Positions 26,415 through 35,073 of a stretch of DNA of 35,073 nt are shown here, piece by piece. The DNA comes from Candidatus Peregrinibacteria bacterium Greene1014_49. Lineage in GTDB: Bacteria > Patescibacteriota > Gracilibacteria > Peribacterales > Peribacteraceae. Below the pieces are notes generated by a model. The model did no database searches and was not told where the DNA came from. It worked only from the letters and a program-made list of their open reading frames with translations. The translations under genes and the position numbers were made by a program. Location of the stretch: positions 1 through 35,073 of the forward strand of contig VMGQ01000010.1 of assembly GCA_007376635.1 (NCBI GenBank), in the 5' to 3' direction. The first letter of the stretch is position 1, and each line of letters begins with the position of its first letter.

Positions 26415-28826
26415 ATGTCCGCGCGCTCCCCATTCCTCCGGCAGCTCACGGTCTCGGCACTGCTCTTTGTTGGAATCGTCGCAGGCAAGCAAATGGTGGA
26501 TGCTCAAAGTACTCCCGCAACGGAAAAGATCTCACTTCCTCTGGGATCCGTCTTTGAAGTCCTCGCACAGGAGGGTGCACCGCAAACGCAGTACGCCTGG
26601 GTACTTTCATATGAACGCACCTTTCTCCAGGCGGGTAGAGGCAGATCTCTGAGGACGCGCTTTGCACAACCGGGTCGTTACCTCCTGAGCGCTGAGGTCG
26701 CTCCGCCTGGAGGCAAAAGTATCCGTCAATCGTTTGCCATCACTGTTGTGTCCGGCACGGAAGACCTTTCAGGATCGGGAACGGCTCTCGAGACTGTTCC
26801 AGGGAACCTCAATGGTGCCATTGTGGTTACCGAAGAACAGCGACTTGTCTCTATCCGCCCGACTCCCGGAATGCTCGCAGATATCACGCTCGATGCAGAT
26901 CTTTCTGTGGATGAAGATGCTGATGGGAATGCCGAAAACGATAGGAGTGCAGAGGGAACATATTTGATCTCGGATGGCCTTCCTCTCTTTCTCTGGATCA
27001 CGAGCGATCTTCCTGCGTCATTCGCGGTTTCCGGAACAAACGAAGACGGGTCACCGCTCCTCCGTCAGTTTACCGTGAGTCTTGCTTCTGCCCCTGTTGC
27101 CCCCCCTGCGCCCGTACCCGAGTCGCAGCCTCTTACCGGTGGGATAGAGGTAACGGAAGAGGAAGACGGCAGCCTGCGTTTCAGCATCCTTGACCGACCC
27201 CCGATGCAAACCCCAGTGGTACCCATTTGGGATTTCGGGGATGGAACGCAGAGCATGCTCATGGAACCTGTGCATCGTTTCACGCAATCCGGAACCTACG
27301 TCGTTCGTGCGCGTCTCAAGGATCTTCGTAATGGCATAGATATCCGCGATCTCGCCGAGGAGGTGACAGTGCAATCTCCAGAGATCTCTGCACCCGTACC
27401 GACAACCAAAAAGCCTCCAGCAGATGAAATTCCTTCAAAGGGATCCTCTCGCCTCGCGATGATCTTGAAGATCCTCATGGGACTGATAATGGTTGCTATG
27501 ACCGGTGGTGTCATCACCGTGGTGACTCTCAAACTCCGAAAAGGAAAATCGCTCGCGGAGCGCTTGGAGGCGGCGGACAAGAAAATGGCGATACCCAAGC
27601 CTGAGGCCGGATCGACAACTGCACCGATGAGCCTTCCTGATAGCCCTGAGGTGATCGACGCAGAAGCGGAGAAGACTGCCCCTCCTGCAGCGACACTTCC
27701 CGCTCCCGCAGGCGCCGGACCTGTTCCCGATTGGCTCCAGAATGTACCAAAAACGCCGAAGGCAACTCCTTCGACCATGCCTGTGGCTCCCCCTGCTCCT
27801 GCAACACCATCCGCACCCGTTGCACCTGCGACTCCTATTCCCGTACGTACAAAGGAGTCAGAACCACTCCTGTCAGAAAACTCCATGCCCGATTGGCTGA
27901 CACCGAATGCAGAAAAAAAGGATGCACAGTCAGTCATACCTGCTCCAGCCAAGGCGACTCCATCCCCTGTACCTGCGGCGGTGCCACAGCCTGCTACACC
28001 ACAAAAACTTGAAACCCCATCTCCTGCGCCAGTCGCCACAGCAATACCGGTTCTTATTTCTCCAAAGGCAGAAACTTCAACTCCTTCCGCGGGACGACCT
28101 CTTCCTGCATGGCTTCAGCCCAACACGGGCACTTCGATGCCTCCTCCTACTCCAGCTCCTGCAACATCTCCAAACCTCGCTCCTGCACCAGTAAAAGCAG
28201 AGCCAAAATCACCCGTTGTTGCTCCTCCCAATACATCACCACAACCACAAATCATTGTAAAAAAGAACAACATTCCTCCTCCAGAGCCAAAACCTCAAAT
28301 AGATCCGATATCCGAGGAGAAGGCACAGGAAGTTTCCGGAGCTCTCCCTGCGTGGTTGCAGCCGCAGACCACACCCAAAGAGGTGCCCCCCGCGCCGATG
28401 CTCGAGACATCGAAGCCCGCTCCTACTCCTGTGACCCTGGTACAACCTAAAAATCCTCCTGTTCCCGCTCCGGTGAAAACTCCGGAGCCGAAACCGGAGT
28501 TACAAACAAACACCACCACTCCCGCAACCTCCGTACCCCCTCCCCCTCCTGCTGCCCCCAAAGTCCTCAGCGAAAAGGAACGCGAGCGCCGTCGCCTGAA
28601 GAGACAACGATATCGCCAAAATAAGCAGCACAGAGAAGCTGCTGCGGGGACTCCTTCAGCAGATCCTTCAACGTTACAAACTCCGAAACCTGCGTCCATT
28701 GCTCTCTCTCCGGACGAAGCACCTGTCGCATTCATTCGCGCAGAGAGTATTGAAAATAATCCCCCCTTCGCTCCTGAGGGAGCTACGGCGGGCAAGCCAA
28801 ACCCAACACCGGATATCCCTCAGTAG
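26415..28826 (+). CDS. PKD-domain single-pass membrane protein with long Pro-rich tail
   Basis: Signal peptide, DEDADG Ca-binding-like motif, WDFGDG...PVHRFTQSGTYVV PKD motif, TM (LAMILKILMGLIMVAMTGGVITVVTL) followed by KLRK, then about 430 aa of Pro/Ala/Thr-rich sequence. Confidence 0.85.
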   Translation: MSARSPFLRQLTVSALLFVGIVAGKQMVDAQSTPATEKISLPLGSVFEVLAQEGAPQTQYAWVLSYERTFLQAGRGRSLRTRFAQPGRYLLSAEVAPPGGKSIRQSFAITVVSGTEDLSGSGTALETVPGNLNGAIVVTEEQRLVSIRPTPGMLADITLDADLSVDEDADGNAENDRSAEGTYLISDGLPLFLWITSDLPASFAVSGTNEDGSPLLRQFTVSLASAPVAPPAPVPESQPLTGGIEVTEEEDGSLRFSILDRPPMQTPVVPIWDFGDGTQSMLMEPVHRFTQSGTYVVRARLKDLRNGIDIRDLAEEVTVQSPEISAPVPTTKKPPADEIPSKGSSRLAMILKILMGLIMVAMTGGVITVVTLKLRKGKSLAERLEAADKKMAIPKPEAGSTTAPMSLPDSPEVIDAEAEKTAPPAATLPAPAGAGPVPDWLQNVPKTPKATPSTMPVAPPAPATPSAPVAPATPIPVRTKESEPLLSENSMPDWLTPNAEKKDAQSVIPAPAKATPSPVPAAVPQPATPQKLETPSPAPVATAIPVLISPKAETSTPSAGRPLPAWLQPNTGTSMPPPTPAPATSPNLAPAPVKAEPKSPVVAPPNTSPQPQIIVKKNNIPPPEPKPQIDPISEEKAQEVSGALPAWLQPQTTPKEVPPAPMLETSKPAPTPVTLVQPKNPPVPAPVKTPEPKPELQTNTTTPATSVPPPPPAAPKVLSEKERERRRLKRQRYRQNKQHREAAAGTPSADPSTLQTPKPASIALSPDEAPVAFIRAESIENNPPFAPEGATAGKPNPTPDIPQ

Positions 28827-28858
28827 ACTTCTCCTGGAGAGTTCGATAGCGTTCCTCC

Positions 28859-30364
28859 ATGCTATCACTTTCGCGTTCCGGATTTCTGCTGCGCGCACTC
28901 GTTACCTACACCGGTGCCTGCGTTCTCGTGATTGAAATACTGGCAACCCGCATCCTCGCGCCGCATTTCGGCAGTTCCCTCTACACCTTAAGCAGCGTGC
29001 TCGGAGTAACGCTCGGCGCACTCAGTATCGGCTACTACGCGGGAGGAATCCTCGCAGATCGCAATCCCTCCTGGTACACGCTTGGAATTCTTCTTACGTT
29101 CGCAGGCGTTACAACGCTCCTCATCTGGCCTCTGTCCATAGTCCTTCTCCCGCTCCTCGGTTCTGCATTCGCTTCCGGAGCGGGTCCACTCATGGGATCG
29201 ACTCTGCTCTTCCTTATTCCCTGCGGATTTCTTGGTACATTTTCTCCCTATGCTGTGGGACTTGAGCAGCGCTTTGCCCCTGCGCTCAGTGCAGGTCGCG
29301 CCGCCGGCAATATCTTCTTTTGGTCCACACTCGGGAGTATCGCCGGGAGCATCGCTGCGGGATTTCTCCTGATTCCGCTGCTCGGGATCCACATACTCAT
29401 CGGCAACATCGGCACATCGCTCCTCGTTATTGGCATCGTGATCGTGTTGCTCAATGGAAAAGTGAAGGCACGGGGAAAGGGTTTTATCATTTCTTCCATG
29501 TTCATCGGAGCATGTTCTCTGGCTATTCCCTACACGAGTAAGGCGGTCTTTGCGGTGGACGGCGTGTACCAGCGCATGATCGTGCAAGATACACAGATAG
29601 AAGACCGAAAGATCCGCATTCTCTGGCAGGATCGCAATGCGTCTTCGGGCATCAACCTCGAAAACGACGATCACGCCTTCCAGTACACTCGGATTGTTGC
29701 TGCTGCATGGAAAGGAAAGGAGCCGCCCAAGCGTTCCCTGGTCATTGGTGCCGGAGCCTTCGTCATTCCACGCGTCATTGCGGCAGCCTCGCCGGAATCA
29801 AACGTGGACGTTATCGATATCGAGCCGGGATTGGAAGATATTGCGAAGCGTTTCTTTCGTTACATACCGAGTGACCGTATCCACTCCATCATCGCAGACG
29901 GCAGAACATTTCTCCGAGACAGCGGTCAATATGATCTGATCATCGGAGACGCCTACCAGGCGACCCACTCCATTCCCGCGCATCTCACGACCCAGGAATT
30001 CTTTGCACTTGTTAAAGATCATCTGACCGAGAATGGCATCTTCATCGGGAACTTCATAGGATCCGTGGATACGTCCAGAAACTCCTATCTCCCGGCGGTC
30101 ATGCGGACATTGCTGAGCGTATTTCCTGCCGGCCGTTTCTACGCGATGAATGATTCGAGGAGTGTAGCGCAACAGAATGTCATGTTCATCGCCTGTAAAA
30201 GTGACCCATGCATTGATCCTTGTTCGTCCGCGATGAAAAGCAGTCCGGATCCGATTCTCTCGACGCTCTGTGAAAGAGATGTGCCTGTCTATGCCGCCGA
30301 TCTTGAGGATCACCCCATTCTCACGGACGACTATGCGCCGGTGGAGTGGTTGACGGTGCAATGA
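28859..30364 (+). CDS. fused membrane domain / spermidine synthase-like SAM-fold protein
   Basis: IEILATRILAPHFGSS...STLGSIAG membrane domain; LVIGAGA, VIDIEP, ADGR.FL, YDLIIGDAY, HLTTQEFF, LTDDYAPVE. Confidence 0.9.
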   Translation: MLSLSRSGFLLRALVTYTGACVLVIEILATRILAPHFGSSLYTLSSVLGVTLGALSIGYYAGGILADRNPSWYTLGILLTFAGVTTLLIWPLSIVLLPLLGSAFASGAGPLMGSTLLFLIPCGFLGTFSPYAVGLEQRFAPALSAGRAAGNIFFWSTLGSIAGSIAAGFLLIPLLGIHILIGNIGTSLLVIGIVIVLLNGKVKARGKGFIISSMFIGACSLAIPYTSKAVFAVDGVYQRMIVQDTQIEDRKIRILWQDRNASSGINLENDDHAFQYTRIVAAAWKGKEPPKRSLVIGAGAFVIPRVIAAASPESNVDVIDIEPGLEDIAKRFFRYIPSDRIHSIIADGRTFLRDSGQYDLIIGDAYQATHSIPAHLTTQEFFALVKDHLTENGIFIGNFIGSVDTSRNSYLPAVMRTLLSVFPAGRFYAMNDSRSVAQQNVMFIACKSDPCIDPCSSAMKSSPDPILSTLCERDVPVYAADLEDHPILTDDYAPVEWLTVQ

Positions 30365-30881
30365 TCTTTGCATCTGGACGGCGGTTGGATCTTTTCAAGC
30401 GGCCGAAGAATTGGGGCGATGCTCCCTTTCCATAGGCAATCATGTCCTCTGGAGAGCAAAATTCAATGTTTTCTGTACCAATTTTATGGATAGCGAGAAG
30501 TGTGTCGCTCTCCGTTTTCCCGAGAATCAGGCCGCTGTGTGTGTCGTGCCGAGCGGATAGGTACATACCAATGGGAAAGCGAAACGTCTCAACTGCCTGT
30601 TCCAAACTGATCTCTACAGAATGCTTCGGCTCCCACTTTTCACAGTACCAAAGATGATGAACCTGACGTAGTAAATATTGGGTGAGTCCGTGGCAATTAT
30701 ATTCCCGCATGTCCAAATGTTGCTCTTGATGCAATGTACACAACGCATGGATACGTCGTGCCACCATTCCCGAAAGAATACCAATGAAGGATCCTGCATC
30801 CCACAATTCAAATCTGCTTACTCCTTTCCCTTCTTCGGGAATAAGGGTGTAGTGAAGCAGTTGGACATTCTGGTAATCCAT
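30321..30881 (-). CDS. hypothetical protein with papain/NlpC-like Cys-His motif
   Basis: YNCHGL...HSGLILG...AIHKIG; start at ATG 30881 because the longer ORF runs into the tRNA. Confidence 0.55.
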   Translation of the reverse strand: MDYQNVQLLHYTLIPEEGKGVSRFELWDAGSFIGILSGMVARRIHALCTLHQEQHLDMREYNCHGLTQYLLRQVHHLWYCEKWEPKHSVEISLEQAVETFRFPIGMYLSARHDTHSGLILGKTESDTLLAIHKIGTENIEFCSPEDMIAYGKGASPQFFGRLKRSNRRPDAKIIAPSTTPPAHSRP

Positions 30882-30888
30882 TAAAATT

Positions 30889-30916
30889 ATTATGAAAATA
30901 TTGATATTTTTGTCAA
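30889..30916 (-). promoter_or_regulatory. sigma70-like promoter for the 30881 gene
   Basis: TTGACA-16 nt-CATAAT on the minus strand, 7 nt before the ATG. Confidence 0.5.
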
Positions 30917-30931
30917 TAATTTTGCATGATC

Positions 30932-31009
30932 TGGGGCGAGCGAAGGGGATTGAACCCTCGACCTTCTGGGCCACAGCCAGACGCTCTAACCAACTGAGCT
31001 ACGCCCGCC
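30932..31009 (-). tRNA. tRNA-His (GTG)
   Basis: G(-1)GCGGGCG acceptor pairing with CGCTCGC-C-CCA, D arm GCTC/GAGC, anticodon arm TCTGG-CTGTGGC-CCAGA, T loop TTCAATC; G-1 and C73 His identity elements. Confidence 0.97.
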
Positions 31010-31201
31010 ATAAGAAATTTGGAGAAGGAACAACTGCTATTCGCTTGCCGATTGTATCGAAGAATGGATTAGAAAGAAGTGCTTTCCCTTTTTTCACTGC
31101 AGATGCTTGGTGATTTTGCCCTCTCATGAATGTACTGTAGGAAATATACCTAAATAACCTATTATTGTATATATGTACAAAATATGTTATAATAATACAA
31201 T

Positions 31202-32908
31202 TTGGAACACACACCATTCTCCAATCTCTGGCATTCCCTACGAGGGAAACTATCGCAGCATACAAAGAATATCACCAGAGGTACGGCCTATCTTCTGGTA
31301 TGCATCTTCCTCGCGTGGGCATTCGGCAGAATCGTTACACCAAATATGGATGAGTTCCTCTTTTACCATGTGCTGGCGTGTCGATTTTATCCTCTCAATG
31401 CCCTGAATAGTTTCCGTGAGGCATGCGGGAGCTACGACCTGAATCTGCTGAACACGGGATGGATCTTGCCCCTTCGATCAAATGCCTATGTGGGGAGCTT
31501 CCCGTCTCTCTATTATTTGCCGATTTTCCTCCTGTGGCGAAGCCCGGATTCCGCGCGACTCGTGGGGCTGCTATTTTTACTGGCGCAAGCAATGATTCTT
31601 GCACGGCTGTTTTATCGAAAGACCGCAGTCCTCTTCGGGGTGTTGCTGCTCTTCTTTCCCTACGCGTATCAGCATATTGCGGACACCGGCCCGATCAGTT
31701 TTCAGATCACGAGTATATTTTTAATCATTTTGCTGACGCGCCGATGGTTCCGGGATCAACGCATGCACTGGCTCCTGTGTTGCACTGCGCTTGTGTTCCT
31801 CGGCATCTGGACGAAGCTCGTATACTTCTGGCTCCTTCCAGGCATTGCTCTCAGTGTTCTTCCCACCGTGTTGGAACATGCAAAAAAGAGATACCAGGAC
31901 GGTACGTACGTGAAGTTAGGAGTGCAGGCCATCGTACCAGGCGCAGTCCTCCTTGCGCTGCTCACTACACTCTTTCTCAGTACAGATCCCACGGATGCAA
32001 GCGTCCGGCCGCTTTTGAACCAAGTGCTGGGGGGAGAGATGTACAGTCTTTCAGAGCTTGCTAAAAACTTTTGGAACCTAGGCGTTACCCATGCACTGCT
32101 GAATCCTCTGGAGGCCACGCAACGTGTATTTGATGTACACGCTCCAACAACGTTCGTCTATCTGTGGAATGCCGTAATGTTCCTATCCGTCCCGATCCTG
32201 CTCCTCCTCTGCACGTTCACCGGTTCATCGCGACGGAACATTCTCAAAGCAACTATATATTATGTCGCCTTCTGGCTCACATTTTTTATCATCGCACGAA
32301 CCAAAGCTGCATGGGCGATGCATCATACGGTTCTCTCATTCCCCTTCCTCATCCTCAGCGTACTTGCAACCTTGCACTGTTTGCGAGATTCACACTGGCA
32401 TGCACAATGGAAGAATCAGCTGAGAGACTGCGCAGGAGTCATCCTTGCCTGTTTTATCGCCGGAAACATCGCCTGGTATCTCACGTTTCCCTTTGAGCAG
32501 AGGCATGCCAACGACGATTTCTCGAAAGTCACGCTCAACAGGCTTCTCGAGGATCATACATTTGCCAGCAACCATCTCTACGTCGTGACGCACTGGGGCA
32601 TGTACTACTACCAAGTGCTCTTCGGGGACCGTTCCCAAGCAGTAGTCTACATAGAACCACTTGACTCCATGGGGAAGGTTCATTCTCTACGGAACACTGC
32701 AATGTCGCACGGTAGAAAAATCGCTTTCCTCTACGATGCAACGGCCGCCGCGGCGGATCTGACGCTCGCCCGGGACTCCTTTAACCTCGGAAACGATACA
32801 TGTATTGCGACCGATGCCACGTGGCAGATGCTTCTTGAAGATCCAACGGATTCTGTGTGCAAGACGAGGAAAGACCCCTCTATGGCGGCAGCAGTAATTG
32901 TACCGTAA
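31202..32908 (+). CDS. polytopic membrane protein, probable GT-C fold glycosyltransferase (ArnT/PMT-like)
   Basis: About 10-11 TM segments; acidic DE motif after TM1 (PNMDEF), YVGSFPSLYY.P, RL, LGIWTKL; TGtTATAAT 8 nt before TTG 31202. Confidence 0.65.
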   Translation: MEHTPFSNLWHSLRGKLSQHTKNITRGTAYLLVCIFLAWAFGRIVTPNMDEFLFYHVLACRFYPLNALNSFREACGSYDLNLLNTGWILPLRSNAYVGSFPSLYYLPIFLLWRSPDSARLVGLLFLLAQAMILARLFYRKTAVLFGVLLLFFPYAYQHIADTGPISFQITSIFLIILLTRRWFRDQRMHWLLCCTALVFLGIWTKLVYFWLLPGIALSVLPTVLEHAKKRYQDGTYVKLGVQAIVPGAVLLALLTTLFLSTDPTDASVRPLLNQVLGGEMYSLSELAKNFWNLGVTHALLNPLEATQRVFDVHAPTTFVYLWNAVMFLSVPILLLLCTFTGSSRRNILKATIYYVAFWLTFFIIARTKAAWAMHHTVLSFPFLILSVLATLHCLRDSHWHAQWKNQLRDCAGVILACFIAGNIAWYLTFPFEQRHANDDFSKVTLNRLLEDHTFASNHLYVVTHWGMYYYQVLFGDRSQAVVYIEPLDSMGKVHSLRNTAMSHGRKIAFLYDATAAAADLTLARDSFNLGNDTCIATDATWQMLLEDPTDSVCKTRKDPSMAAAVIVP

Positions 32909-32953
32909 TCGTCCGTAACTATCCGGCATGATAATGGATCCATCAACAAATAT

Positions 32954-33826
32954 TTATTTCCGCCGATGGTGATACACCTCCCGCAATTGGCTGCGCGTCC
33001 TCCACCCGATCTTGCGCATATGCATCAAGAGATCATGTGCATGCAAACGCTCTGAGGCATTTCTCTTGGCCTTGAGCGGTGATGCTACTTTTTCATGCAC
33101 AAGCTCCCGTGAAACATCACCCATATCGGCCGATCGTTGAACAGGCTTCTTTGCAAGCGCACTTCTCCATCTCTGCAATCTCTCACTGAGTGAAGGCTTA
33201 TATTGACGGAGAGATTCTGTAGTAGAAACAGCGCGCACTTTGGTTTTTCTGAATACTTCTTGGACGCTCCGGCGCACATTCCTGCTGCGCGGATCTGATG
33301 ATCGTAATTTTTGCACCGTTTCACGCACACGTTTCGGACCATCTTCTCGTACCCGCTTGACGGTGCGCTTCACCCTTTTCTTCAGAGATCTTCCCATATC
33401 CGTTATTGCCTTTCTGGTACGCACGGTTGCGGCCTTCGACTGTTGCCGAAGATTGTGCGCAGGACGGGAATCCATCACAGAACGACTTGAACGCTTGAGC
33501 CACAAGAAAGTGATTTTCGCTCTTTTCCGTAATCTCCCCTCTTCGTTGCGATCCGACCGTTCCTCCCGCTCGCGTGTGAGAAGCCAGCGAATACCGAGAT
33601 ACGCACCATACGCGAGGGCAATGACAAGTACGATACCGAGAAGGATCGGTAAAAAGAGAATGATGCCAACAATGAGTAAAATGATGACGGGAATCATCAC
33701 GAGAGCACCAAGCAATGCCGTGTTCATTTCCCCTTTGCCATCCTCTCCTGCAGGATCGGTAAAGAGGATCCACACTGCAAAGATGCCTCCGGCGATCAGT
33801 GCGGCAGTGGTCAGGATTTGGTTCAT
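32954..33826 (-). CDS. hypothetical membrane-anchored protein with highly basic C-terminal region
   Basis: N-terminal hydrophobic segments, then about 200 aa rich in R and K; TATAAT 8 nt upstream. Confidence 0.65.
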   Translation of the reverse strand: MNQILTTAALIAGGIFAVWILFTDPAGEDGKGEMNTALLGALVMIPVIILLIVGIILFLPILLGIVLVIALAYGAYLGIRWLLTREREERSDRNEEGRLRKRAKITFLWLKRSSRSVMDSRPAHNLRQQSKAATVRTRKAITDMGRSLKKRVKRTVKRVREDGPKRVRETVQKLRSSDPRSRNVRRSVQEVFRKTKVRAVSTTESLRQYKPSLSERLQRWRSALAKKPVQRSADMGDVSRELVHEKVASPLKAKRNASERLHAHDLLMHMRKIGWRTRSQLREVYHHRRK

Positions 33827-33894
33827 AATAGCTCATTATATAATAAATGGGGCTTTTTCGATACTCGAACTTCTGATAGGCTTTACCAAAGATC

Positions 33895-35073
33895 ATGGCT
33901 GAGCCCCTTTTCCGCACGCCCAAAGGCACCCACGATGTCCTCCCCGAGGATCATCAGTATATGACGTACATCAAGAAGGCCGTGCGTCACCGCGCACGTC
34001 AAGCAGGGTATAAACGCATCGATCCGCCGATCTTCGAAAACCGCGCGATCTTCGAACGCGGCATCGGGCAGCACACCGATATCGTGGAGAAGGAACTCTT
34101 CGTCGTCTCTGGAAAACAGGCGGGAACAGAGGAGAGCGAAGGTGGTGTGGCGTATGCCCTGCGCCCGGAACTCACGGCCGGAATCTGCAGAAGCTACATC
34201 GAGCACGGCATGCAGCAGCTCCCGCAACCCGTAGAGCTGTATGCTATCGGGCAATGCTTCCGCTACGACCGTCCCCAGAAAGGACGCTACCGGCAGTTCC
34301 ACCAGGTGGATCTCGAAGTGATCGGACTGAAAGACCCGAGTCTCGACGCACAGCTCATCCATGTATGCATGAAAATTTTCAAAGACCTGAGAATTGATGA
34401 ACGCCTCACACTCCAGCTCAATAACATCGGCACTGCCGAAAGCCGAAAAACTTTCCTCGCTGCTCTTAAGGATTTCTTCATTGGCAAGGAGCGTCACCTT
34501 CCGGAGCTCGATCGCAAGAGGCTAGAAACCAATCCTCTCCGACTTCTCGACAGTAAAGAGGAAGACACACGGATTCTTCTGAAGAGTGCTCCCACGCTTG
34601 AACAATTCATTGATGAAGATTCGAAGCAATACCACGCGCTACTCTTGGAATACCTCGACGAGCTGCAAGTGAAGTACATTCTCAATCCCAGCCTCGTCCG
34701 CGGTCTCGATTACTACGGCCAGACGGTCTTTGAGTTCTGGGATAGTTCTGCAGGAGCACAAAATGCGGTCGGTGGCGGAGGTCGCTATGACGGGCTTATG
34801 GAACTTCTCGGGGGCGCTCCCACGCCCGGAGTGGGCGCCGCACTCGGCGTTGAGCGGATGATCTGGCATATGAAACAGGCCGGCATCACCGTTCCCAATA
34901 AAGACCAAGTCGATGTATTCGTCGCGCAGCTGGGGCCCGATGCCAAGAAAATCTGTCTCAGCTTGATCTCTGCCCTCCGCGAAAAAGGAGTGCACACCAT
35001 CGGTGCCCTCGGGGAGGCAAGCCTCAAAAGCCAGATGCGTCTTGCCGATAAATTCGGCGCTCGTCACACACTG
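33895..35073 (+). CDS. hisS: histidine--tRNA ligase (3'-truncated by the window edge; absent from the ORF track)
   Basis: Manual translation: MAEPLFRTPKGTHDVLP...TDIVEKE...LRPELTAG...FRYDRPQKGRYRQFHQ...LVRGLDYY...GGGRYDGL...GVERM. Confidence 0.97.
   Translation, partial: MAEPLFRTPKGTHDVLPEDHQYMTYIKKAVRHRARQAGYKRIDPPIFENRAIFERGIGQHTDIVEKELFVVSGKQAGTEESEGGVAYALRPELTAGICRSYIEHGMQQLPQPVELYAIGQCFRYDRPQKGRYRQFHQVDLEVIGLKDPSLDAQLIHVCMKIFKDLRIDERLTLQLNNIGTAESRKTFLAALKDFFIGKERHLPELDRKRLETNPLRLLDSKEEDTRILLKSAPTLEQFIDEDSKQYHALLLEYLDELQVKYILNPSLVRGLDYYGQTVFEFWDSSAGAQNAVGGGGRYDGLMELLGGAPTPGVGAALGVERMIWHMKQAGITVPNKDQVDVFVAQLGPDAKKICLSLISALREKGVHTIGALGEASLKSQMRLADKFGARHTL

Noticed and set aside
30932..35073. 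tRNA-His close to hisS as a regulatory unit (T-box or attenuator)
   Set aside because: They are separated by two unrelated genes; the hisS upstream region is only 68 bp with no T-box or His leader peptide

Overview
Mostly housekeeping chromosomal DNA read with genetic code 11. The gene content suggests a Patescibacteria/CPR organism, most like Peribacteria/Peregrinibacteria (inference): CPR-type VirD4/TrwB-like ATPase, T4SS-pilin-like repeats, UvrD-nuclease fusion, few evident Shine-Dalgarno sites. Core genes are a UvrD/PD-(D/E)XK helicase-nuclease, rpoD, dnaG, rsmF, leuS, der, mltG, ybaB, an Xaa-Pro peptidase, tRNA-His and hisS (partial). Most notable: (1) an envelope locus with one ORF encoding seven tandem VirB2-like pilin units, followed by a PKD/Pro-rich membrane protein, near a VirD4-like ATPase and three lytic-transglycosylase-type genes; (2) an RpoD with a C-terminal C4 zinc ribbon; (3) a -10 box 6-13 nt before most start codons, suggesting leaderless or short-leader expression; (4) an accessory pair of a FabH-like enzyme and a Cys-His-Asp acyltransferase-like protein; (5) a LeuRS with a divergent editing site; (6) REP-like palindromes and 7/9-bp repeats, some in frame inside proteins; (7) a frameshifted LOG-family gene. 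All calls come from motif recognition by eye; no searches were run.
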